Of a stretch of 41,681 nucleotides of DNA, positions 7,888 to 14,760 are shown piece by piece; within the stretch, counting starts at the first letter, position 1, and every line of letters starts with the position of its first letter. This DNA comes from a virus (taxonomy: Duplodnaviria; Caudoviricetes), in IMG/VR virus record IMGVR_UViG_3300031965_000071, positions 1 through 41,681 of that record. One strand, written 5' to 3'. Position numbers and translations under genes: made by a program. Below the pieces are notes generated by a model. It was not told the DNA's origin. It saw nothing but the letters and a program-made list of their open reading frames with translations, and made no database searches.

Positions 7888-9247
7888 CCTCGAGCTCCTC
7901 GAGCCAGGCGACGACGGTGGCGGCGAGCTCCGGCTCGTCGAGAATGTCGGCGATCTTCCTCGGCGCCGACGGTGCGCCGCGACCTTCGGAGGCCTTCTTG
8001 AGGACGTCGGAGACGCGCTTGGCCTTGGCGCGCATGAGGCGCCGGAGGGAGGCTTCGTCGATGACGATGGTGCCTTCGACGGGCTCGTCGTCGGTGTCCG
8101 ACGGTTCGGACACTTTCGAGGGCTCCGAGGCCGCCGTTGTTGACGTTTCGGGCCCGGAGGTGTCCGGTGTATCGGACGCGCGGCCGGAGCGGACGACTTC
8201 GACCTCACCCGCGACTTTCCGCTCGAGGCGGTACGCGGTGCGGGCGCGGCCTTCGTCGTCGATGCCGGCGGCGAGGGTGAGGCGCCAGAGGTTCTCGGAG
8301 AGCTTGGTGAGGGCCTCGCGGGCGAAGGCCCGCTCCTCCTCCGTCATGTCGCCGGAGGTCTCGGTGCGGCCTTCGGTGACGACGTTGGTGAGGGCGTGCC
8401 GTTCGTCGTCGTCGAGGCCGACTTCCTTGGCTTTCATGGCGTAGTAGTTGGGCCAGGGAAGGGACGGGCCGGGGTCGGGTTCGCCGGTGGCCTCGTCGGG
8501 GGCCGTGGGGGGCGGTACGGGCTCGGCGGCGGCCTTCGGGGCCTTCGGCGCGGCGGGGCCGTCCGGGGCGCCAGGGAGGGCAGGGAGCGTCGCGTCGGGG
8601 ACGTCTACGGCCCGCGCCGCGGACGACGCGGCCGCCGGCGACTTGCGGGACCGCTTCGCGCGGGTGGTCTTCTTCGCGGGTGTCTGGCCGGGGAGTTCGG
8701 GGCCATCCTCGCCGGGGACGACATCCTCGAGCTCTTCGAGGGCCATGAGGCCGCCGATGACGTCGGGGAACACGGCGCGGGCGAGGTCCGCGGATGCGCG
8801 GGCGGAGAGCATCGCGCGCGGGTACTTGGCGTAATTCGGGCGGCGGTCGAGGCCGGCGCGGCGGGCGTCGTCCATCGTCCATTCGATGCGGGTGACTTGG
8901 TCGGAGCCTTTGCGGCGGCCTGCCCAGGTGACGGAGGTGGAGCTCGAGTTCTCGAGCCATACCTCATGGCCGGCGGCGAGGATGAGGGCGCGTTGGGCTT
9001 CGGCGGCGAGGGCGGGCCGACCTTCGATGACGTGGACCTTGGCGAGGGATTGCATGGGGGGGAGGCCGACTTCGTCGCCGTAGAGGACGGCGGCGGTGAT
9101 GGCGGCGGTGTTGCCGCGCAGGGCGGACGGGACGAAGTCGGTGCGGGCGATGGCGTCGGCGAGGCGCGCGGCGGGTTCGAGGAGGGCGAGCCAGGGGCGC
9201 TCGCGGTCGGCGGGGGGCTCGTAGGGGGTGATCTCGGTGCCGCTCAT
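7880..9247 (-). CDS. recT: RecT-like single-strand annealing protein with long C-terminal extension
   Basis: Starts MSGTEITPY; TDFVPSALRG...GDEVGLPPMQSL..VHVIEGRP...WTMDDARRAGL..NYAKYPRAML.ARA...FPDV. Confidence 0.8.
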   Translation of the reverse strand: MSGTEITPYEPPADRERPWLALLEPAARLADAIARTDFVPSALRGNTAAITAAVLYGDEVGLPPMQSLAKVHVIEGRPALAAEAQRALILAAGHEVWLENSSSTSVTWAGRRKGSDQVTRIEWTMDDARRAGLDRRPNYAKYPRAMLSARASADLARAVFPDVIGGLMALEELEDVVPGEDGPELPGQTPAKKTTRAKRSRKSPAAASSAARAVDVPDATLPALPGAPDGPAAPKAPKAAAEPVPPPTAPDEATGEPDPGPSLPWPNYYAMKAKEVGLDDDERHALTNVVTEGRTETSGDMTEEERAFAREALTKLSENLWRLTLAAGIDDEGRARTAYRLERKVAGEVEVVRSGRASDTPDTSGPETSTTAASEPSKVSEPSDTDDEPVEGTIVIDEASLRRLMRAKAKRVSDVLKKASEGRGAPSAPRKIADILDEPELAATVVAWLEELEDV

Positions 9248-9528
9248 GGCGTGGCCTCCTGGTTCGGATTCTCGGCGGGCCATGCGGGCGCGCGGGGCTT
9301 GAGCCGTTCGGCGACGAGCTCGGCGCCGAGGCGGCGGGCCTCGTCGTAGAGCTCGGAGCATCGGGCCTCGAGGCGGTGGATCTCGCCGGAGCGGAGGCGC
9401 GCGGCGCCTTCGGTCATGCGGAGCTCGGCGAGGAGTTCGCCTTCGGAGCGTTCGAGGCGTTCGATGCGGTTGCGGAGGCGGGTGACGGTCCGCGCGAGTG
9501 TGGCGGGGGTTGGGGTCTTCGGGCTCAT
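9244..9528 (-). CDS. Coiled-coil hypothetical protein
   Basis: 94 aa heptad-like sequence; RBS and ATGA overlap. Confidence 0.7.
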   Translation of the reverse strand: MSPKTPTPATLARTVTRLRNRIERLERSEGELLAELRMTEGAARLRSGEIHRLEARCSELYDEARRLGAELVAERLKPRAPAWPAENPNQEATP

Positions 9529-9531
9529 TGG

Positions 9532-10332
9532 TCAGGCCTTTCGGGGTGGTCGGATGGATTCGCCGATGTAGAGGCCGCGGTCCTCTTCGACGTCGTCGAG
9601 GTACCGCTTGATCTGCGCGGCGTACGCGAAGACGGCGAGGGATGGGAGCGCGCCGTCAGGTTCGGGGTTGACGGGCCGGAGTTCGTAGCCGTCCTGGCGG
9701 AGGTGGACGACGCCGAGCCGGTCGGCGGCTTCGAAGGGTTGCTCGGTGCCGTCGGCGTCGAGGTAGGTGTCGGCGTCGTTGTACGCGGCGAGTTGGTGCG
9801 CGGCCTCCGAATAGACCCCTTTGCCGGTCTTGTAGTCGATGAGCCACCGTTCGCCGGCGAAGACGCCGAGCGCGGCGAGGGCGTCGAATTGGCCCATGTA
9901 GGTGCCCCACGCGGTGCGCTTGACGATGATGACTTCGACGAGTTCCTCGTCGACGTCGAAGTCCTTGAGGAACGCGAAGAGGCTCTTGATGTAGCCGGAG
10001 AGTTCTTCGGGGACGTCGACCTCGTCGCCGATGGCGAGGCGGTGCGCGAGGGCGTGGACCTCTTTACCGCGTTCGGAGGCCTCGGAGGTGATGTCATAGC
10101 GTGCGCGTTCGAGGGCGGCGATGCGCCGGCCGACTGGCATGGCGGCGAATTCGTCCCATCGGTTGACGGCCTCTTCGGCGGTGACGCGCGCGGCCCAATT
10201 GACGAGGGCGGGCTTGGGGATGCCGTTGAGGAGGGTGGTGACGCCGGGGACCTTGACGTCGTCGGCGTAGTAGGAGTGGCCTTTCCCGCGCCGGACTTGA
10301 CGGGTGGGGTTCTTGGGCTTGGCGGGGGTCAT
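9532..10332 (-). CDS. PD-(D/E)xK exonuclease (RecE/Cas4-like)
   Basis: Starts MTPAKPKN; PGVTTLL, PKPALVNWAA, GKEVH, GQFD, LIDYKTG, QLAAY. Confidence 0.88.
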   Translation of the reverse strand: MTPAKPKNPTRQVRRGKGHSYYADDVKVPGVTTLLNGIPKPALVNWAARVTAEEAVNRWDEFAAMPVGRRIAALERARYDITSEASERGKEVHALAHRLAIGDEVDVPEELSGYIKSLFAFLKDFDVDEELVEVIIVKRTAWGTYMGQFDALAALGVFAGERWLIDYKTGKGVYSEAAHQLAAYNDADTYLDADGTEQPFEAADRLGVVHLRQDGYELRPVNPEPDGALPSLAVFAYAAQIKRYLDDVEEDRGLYIGESIRPPRKA

Positions 10333-10562
10333 GCGGTGAGCTCCTTGGCGTGGTCGGCGAGGCGGTCGTGCGCGGCCTTGCGGGTGGGGTAGCCGGCGTC
10401 GAGGACGACGAGGTTGTTGTGTGCGGGCCATCGGGCGGGGAGGTACCCGACGACGGCGAAACGGTCGCCGCCTTCGGGCCATGCGAGGACTTCGATGTCG
10501 GTGAGGGCGTCGAGGTTGACGAGGCGGGGCTCCTCGCCGGGCGTCTGATACCAGCGGGCCAC
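10329..10562 (-). CDS. Hypothetical protein (77 aa)
   Basis: GTG start overlapping the upstream TAG; GGAG RBS; MARWYQTPGEEPRLVNLD... Confidence 0.65.
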   Translation of the reverse strand: MARWYQTPGEEPRLVNLDALTDIEVLAWPEGGDRFAVVGYLPARWPAHNNLVVLDAGYPTRKAAHDRLADHAKELTA

Positions 10563-11563
10563 TAGAACCGCTCCTCCTCGGCCTCGGTGGCCGCCTCGTC
10601 GACGATCGGGGGCGGCGGGGAGAAGATGTCCTCGGCGGCTCCCAGGATGGCCTTGCGGGCCTTGTGGGCCGCCTCGTAGGCGTAGACCTCGCGGGCCTTG
10701 TGGGCGGTGGTCTTGAGCCGGTCGCGGATGACGGCCGACCATGCGCCGTCGTAGCCGTCCCAGGGGGCAACGTCGGAGAAGTGGGCGATGCGGGCCGCGA
10801 GGTCGGCGCGGACCTCGTCGCGGTCGTTGGGGCCGCCGAGGGCTTCGTCGCCGAAGACGTCGGCTTCGTAGGCGGCGATGTCCTGCCAGGCGCCGAGGCC
10901 GAGCGTCGGGAGCTCGTCGAAGCGGCCGAGGAGTTCGGCGGGCTCGAGGTCGACGTAGTCGGGGATGTGCTCGGCGACGAAGGCGTCGACGTCTCCGAGC
11001 TCGGCGAGGGCGGTGCCGGTGGGATCGGCGGGCGGGGGGCCTTCGGAGCGGCCGACGGAGGCGACTTTCGAGGAGGCGCCGGGCTCGAGGTCGGGGTTGT
11101 CGAGATAGCAGAGGGGGCAGGGGGCGACCTCGCCGGCTTCGGGGCGTTCGAGGTCGCGGAAGTAGCCGGCGACGGCCTCGGTGCCGGTCTCTTCGACGCG
11201 GAGCCAGTCTTCGGGGTAGTTGGCGTCGTGGCCGCAGGTCTCGAAGGAGACGAGGTAGAGGGTGGCGGCGTCGAGGTCGAGGGTGAGGGCGCCGGTGCGG
11301 GCGTCGGCCTCGGCGCGGCGCATGGTGCGCGCGGCGTCGATGGCGTCGGCGACGGTGAGGGAGCCGCCGCCGCGGAGCTCGAGGATGTCGGAGGCGCGCA
11401 AGGTGCGGACTTCGATGTCGCCGTCGGAGACGCGCTTCGTGCCGAGGCCGGTGACTTGGGCCTCGACAATGAGGGTGAGCCGGTCGCCGAGCTCGAGGGG
11501 CCGGCGGTGTTCGAGGGTGCTACCGGAGAGGGTGGTGCGGTGCGGGAGGTCTTCGGTGGGCAT
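10562..11563 (-). CDS. Hypothetical multidomain protein with duplicated C-terminal helical module
   Basis: 333 aa; AGGAG RBS; IPDYVDL...IAAYEA and PWDGYD...VYAYEAAHKARKAIL. Confidence 0.75.
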   Translation of the reverse strand: MPTEDLPHRTTLSGSTLEHRRPLELGDRLTLIVEAQVTGLGTKRVSDGDIEVRTLRASDILELRGGGSLTVADAIDAARTMRRAEADARTGALTLDLDAATLYLVSFETCGHDANYPEDWLRVEETGTEAVAGYFRDLERPEAGEVAPCPLCYLDNPDLEPGASSKVASVGRSEGPPPADPTGTALAELGDVDAFVAEHIPDYVDLEPAELLGRFDELPTLGLGAWQDIAAYEADVFGDEALGGPNDRDEVRADLAARIAHFSDVAPWDGYDGAWSAVIRDRLKTTAHKAREVYAYEAAHKARKAILGAAEDIFSPPPPIVDEAATEAEEERF

Positions 11564-11667
11564 GGTGCTCCTACTGGCGGCGCGCGGGGACGATGCGCTC
11601 GGTGCCGTCAGATGTCTCGGGAGTGAGCCATTGGGCTCCTCATGGGGTCGGTGCGTCCTTGGGGGTG

Positions 11668-11696
11668 ACCATAGCGCGGGGGTGCGACACGCGGAA
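11668..11696 (-). promoter_or_regulatory. Putative early promoter
   Basis: TTCCGC-N17-TATGGT at the head of the early gene block. Confidence 0.55.
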
Positions 11697-11724
11697 GGGC
11701 CGACCCGAAGGCCGGCCCTATCCG
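11692..11724 (-). terminator. Terminator-like hairpin ending the late/lysis operon
   Basis: CGGATAGGGCCGGCC-TTCG-GGTCGGCCCTTCCG, long stem with a cUUCGg loop. Confidence 0.75.
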
Positions 11725-11788
11725 AGGTGCGGAGTGTTGCCTGCGGTGCCGGCTCCGTCCGTCCGGCGTTCCTATGTCGTGGCCGATG

Positions 11789-12067
11789 CTACTCGGGGAG
11801 GAGTTCGTCGACGGGGCGGGGCCTGGCGACGGTGGGGGTGCCGGCGTTGCGGGTGCTGGCGAGGAGTGCGCCGGCGGCGCCAAGGGACGTGGATCCCATG
11901 ACGCCGACGGTGGCGAGGGCGGTGACTCGGGCGTCGGCGGGGATGTCGTGGGCGAAGGCGACGACGGCGAGGAGGCCGCACGCGACGGCGAGCGCGATGA
12001 TGATGAGGCCGGCGGCGACGATGCGGACGGTGCCGCGGTCGGTGCTCGTGGTGGGTTCTTCGGGCAT
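11789..12067 (-). CDS. Holin-like membrane protein (2 TM)
   Basis: Starts MPEEPTTS after AAGGAG; two hydrophobic segments; in the lysis cassette. Confidence 0.65.
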   Translation of the reverse strand: MPEEPTTSTDRGTVRIVAAGLIIIALAVACGLLAVVAFAHDIPADARVTALATVGVMGSTSLGAAGALLASTRNAGTPTVARPRPVDELLPE

Positions 12068-12096
12068 GGGTGGGCTCCTTCGGTTGGCGGCGTTGC

Positions 12097-12372
12097 CTAG
12101 CGGGATGGGCCTTGCGGCGGCTCGTCGGGCGGCGCTTCGTCGAGGTGGCGTTGCTCCTTCGCGGTCCGCTCGTCGTGGGGCATGGCCTCCACGCGGCGCG
12201 TTTCTGCTTGCGCCGCGAGGCCGCCGGTGGTCGTTTCGTTGTAGGTGCGGACTTCGTTGCGGACGCGGACGGTGACGATCGCGCCGGCGAGGGCGGTGAT
12301 GAGGGTGGCGATGGACGCGACGAGGAGCGCGAGGCCGGCGGCGTCGAAGTTGGTGGCGGCGAATTTGTGCAT
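12097..12372 (-). CDS. Membrane protein (lysis region)
   Basis: 91 aa; one TM segment AGLALLVASIATLITALAGAIV. Confidence 0.7.
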   Translation of the reverse strand: MHKFAATNFDAAGLALLVASIATLITALAGAIVTVRVRNEVRTYNETTTGGLAAQAETRRVEAMPHDERTAKEQRHLDEAPPDEPPQGPSR

Positions 12373-12387
12373 GGTTGGCGGGCTTTC

Positions 12388-12810
12388 TCACTCGCGTCCG
12401 GCTTCGAGGGCGGCGAGGCGGTGTTCGTTGGCTTCGGCGCTGTCTCGGGCGACGATGGCGAGCTCGAGGACTTCTCCGATCTTGTCGCCGGTGGCCTTGG
12501 AGACTTCGAGGGCCTCTTCGGCGGTGGACGCGACCCGGCCGAATTCTGCGGCGGCCGCGGCAACGATGAGCATTTCCTCATCGGTGTGGATCTTGAGGGC
12601 TTCGATGTTGGCGTCGTGGAGGGGCCGGACGATGGCGGTGACTTCGTCGCGGAAGAACCGGCCGGCGGGTTCGCCGATGAGGGTGCGGTAGACCCATCGG
12701 ACGGGCCGGAGACGGCCGGCGGCCGAGAGACCGAGCGCGGCGCCGGAGATGGTCGCGACGACATATCCAGCGTCGGCGGCGGTCTGCCAGCCGGGGGAGA
12801 GGGCCAGCAT
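12388..12810 (-). CDS. Membrane protein with coiled coil (lysis region)
   Basis: 140 aa; N-terminal TM; directly after the endolysin. Confidence 0.7.
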   Translation of the reverse strand: MLALSPGWQTAADAGYVVATISGAALGLSAAGRLRPVRWVYRTLIGEPAGRFFRDEVTAIVRPLHDANIEALKIHTDEEMLIVAAAAAEFGRVASTAEEALEVSKATGDKIGEVLELAIVARDSAEANEHRLAALEAGRE

Positions 12811-12814
12811 GGGA

Positions 12815-13534
12815 CTACTCGGCGAGGCGGGCGGCGGCGGCGTCGAGGATGGCGTCGACGTCGACGGTGGGTGGCGGCCGTTCGGGGAGCGCGGCGACGA
12901 TGCCGGCGACGATGGCGTCGGTGTCGATGTCGGGGGTGTCGTCGGCGAGGAGGGGCTTGAGGGCGGTGACGGTGCCGGCGACGATGGCGGGGATGTATTC
13001 GCGCTTGATGTCGGTTTCGAGGGTGCCGATGATGCGGTTGGCTTCGGCGCCGAGCGCGGCCGCGACGAACGTGCGGATCTGGTAGTGGTCGTTGATGTCC
13101 ATATCGGGGGCTCCTCCGGAGGTGTCGTTGCGGTAGTTGGCGGCGCCGTCGAGGTTCTGCGCGAGGTGGATATGGTCGCGGTGCGGGTTGACGGTGTAGG
13201 GGCCGGGCGGCTTGTCGTTGTACGCGGACCATATGCGGCTGTTGGCGATGGCCTGTTGGATTCCGAGGATGGAGGCGTTGGCGACGGCGTAGTCGAAGGC
13301 GTCGTCGAGGAGCTTGCCGGTGCCGGCGAGGTCGACCGCGCGGCCGCGGCCGTGGGGCGAGGGGGTCTTCTTGTCGTCGTTGAGGCCGCCGGGGACGTAG
13401 CAACCTGACGCGGTGCCGCCGCCGTACTTGAGGCCGGGGAAGCGGGCGAGCATGTGGTCGCGGAGCTCGACGGTGCCGGGTCGACACTTTCCGGGGTCGG
13501 GTTCGGCCGTGGTGACGGCGTCGTAGCGGAGCAT
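12815..13534 (-). CDS. Endolysin, Zn metallopeptidase (M15/LAS-like)
   Basis: SPHGRGRAVD (H-x6-D) and NPHRDHIH (HxH); position after tail genes, before membrane proteins. Confidence 0.78.
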   Translation of the reverse strand: MLRYDAVTTAEPDPGKCRPGTVELRDHMLARFPGLKYGGGTASGCYVPGGLNDDKKTPSPHGRGRAVDLAGTGKLLDDAFDYAVANASILGIQQAIANSRIWSAYNDKPPGPYTVNPHRDHIHLAQNLDGAANYRNDTSGGAPDMDINDHYQIRTFVAAALGAEANRIIGTLETDIKREYIPAIVAGTVTALKPLLADDTPDIDTDAIVAGIVAALPERPPPTVDVDAILDAAAARLAE

Positions 13535-13539
13535 CGGGG

Positions 13540-13749
13540 CTAGCCGCGGCCTTCGATGAGCTCATTGTCGATGGGCCACTCGGGGTAGTACCGCTCGAGG
13601 AGGTCGGCGACATCGCCGCGGTTCTTGTGACCTTCGGAGGTGCTCGTCGGTTCGTGGTTCCATCCCATGACGGAGAAGTAGACGTCGCCGTCGGTGCCGC
13701 GGAAGACGCGGAGGTAGCCGGGGGCGTCGGGGTGTAAGGCCTGGTCCAT
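13540..13749 (-). CDS. DUF1508/YegP-like small protein
   Basis: LRVFRGTDGDVYFSVMGWNHEPTSTSEGHKNR fits the YegP-like pattern. Confidence 0.6.
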   Translation of the reverse strand: MDQALHPDAPGYLRVFRGTDGDVYFSVMGWNHEPTSTSEGHKNRGDVADLLERYYPEWPIDNELIEGRG

Positions 13750-13759
13750 GCGCCAGAGG

Positions 13760-14029
13760 TTAGGCGCCGGGGAGGGGGTCGACGGTGACGTCGGCGCCGC
13801 CGGCGGTGAGGGCGTCGCGGAGGGCTTCGAGGTCGGTGAAGAGGTCGTCCCAGGGGGTGAGTTCGACGGTGAGCTCTTGGATACCGTCGCCGCTTGTCGG
13901 GGTCGTCGCGGCGGCGTGCCAGAGTTCGGCGCGGGTGGCGGCGTAGGCGTTGATGGCTTGACCGGCGGAGCCGGGCGCGGGGTCGGCGACGAGGATGGGC
14001 GGGGTGGCGTCGAAGGGCATGGGGCTCAT
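13760..14029 (-). CDS. Hypothetical protein (tail region)
   Basis: 89 aa; ATGA overlap. Confidence 0.65.
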   Translation of the reverse strand: MSPMPFDATPPILVADPAPGSAGQAINAYAATRAELWHAAATTPTSGDGIQELTVELTPWDDLFTDLEALRDALTAGGADVTVDPLPGA

Positions 14030-14760
14030 TCTTGCGGGGTGATGGTCCAGGTGGTGAAGAAGTCGCGGATGTCGTAGGCGCCGCCGGCGGTGGCGATGAG
14101 TTGCGCGCGGACGCGGATGCGGGGCCGGTAGACGTTGCTCGAGCCGGCCGCGGACCGCGAGACGGAACCGCCGCCGTAGAGGAGCGAGGCGGGCGCCGAG
14201 GTGGTGCGTTCGTTGGTGACGTAGGTGGTCCCGCCGTCGACGGAGACGCCGACCTCGACGGTGGCGGTGAGGGCTCCGGCGGCGAAGGAGTAGAGGCCGA
14301 AGTCGGTGCGGGCGACGAGCCGATAGGCGCGGCCGAGGGGCTCGGAGCCGAGCTCGAGGGTCTTGATGGTCGTCCAGGAGGGGGCGACGGCAAGCGCGGA
14401 GGAGAAGCCGGCGTCGTCTTCGTTGGCGATGAGGGGGACGCCGAGGGCATGGCCGACGACGAGGAGGCCGTGGGGGGGGACGAAGAGGACGAAGACACGG
14501 TCGCCGGCGCGGAGGGGGTACGCGGTGATGACTTGGGCCTCGATGGGTTCGTCGGTTTCGGCGTCGGTGTCGTCGACGGTGACGAAGGCGATGGCGGTGG
14601 CGGTGTTGAACGTCTTGACGGTCGCGGGCCGGGGGAGGGCGTAGCGGAGGGACTGGCGGACGCGTTCGGCGACGTCGGCGGCGACGGTGAGGAGTTGCGG
14701 CCGGATCATGGCGAGGACACGGGTGGCGGTGTCGGGCGCGGCGGCGCGTTGGAGGGTCAC
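14026..14760 (-). CDS. Minor tail protein (OB-fold-like N-terminus + beta-sandwich)
   Basis: 244 aa; RPATV...LRAGDRVFVLF; follows the tail hub gene with GTGA overlap. Confidence 0.7.
   Translation of the reverse strand: MTLQRAAAPDTATRVLAMIRPQLLTVAADVAERVRQSLRYALPRPATVKTFNTATAIAFVTVDDTDAETDEPIEAQVITAYPLRAGDRVFVLFVPPHGLLVVGHALGVPLIANEDDAGFSSALAVAPSWTTIKTLELGSEPLGRAYRLVARTDFGLYSFAAGALTATVEVGVSVDGGTTYVTNERTTSAPASLLYGGGSVSRSAAGSSNVYRPRIRVRAQLIATAGGAYDIRDFFTTWTITPQE

Noticed and set aside
9532-10332. Cas4-like nuclease as evidence for CRISPR
   Set aside because: No repeat-spacer array or other cas genes; context next to RecT indicates recombination
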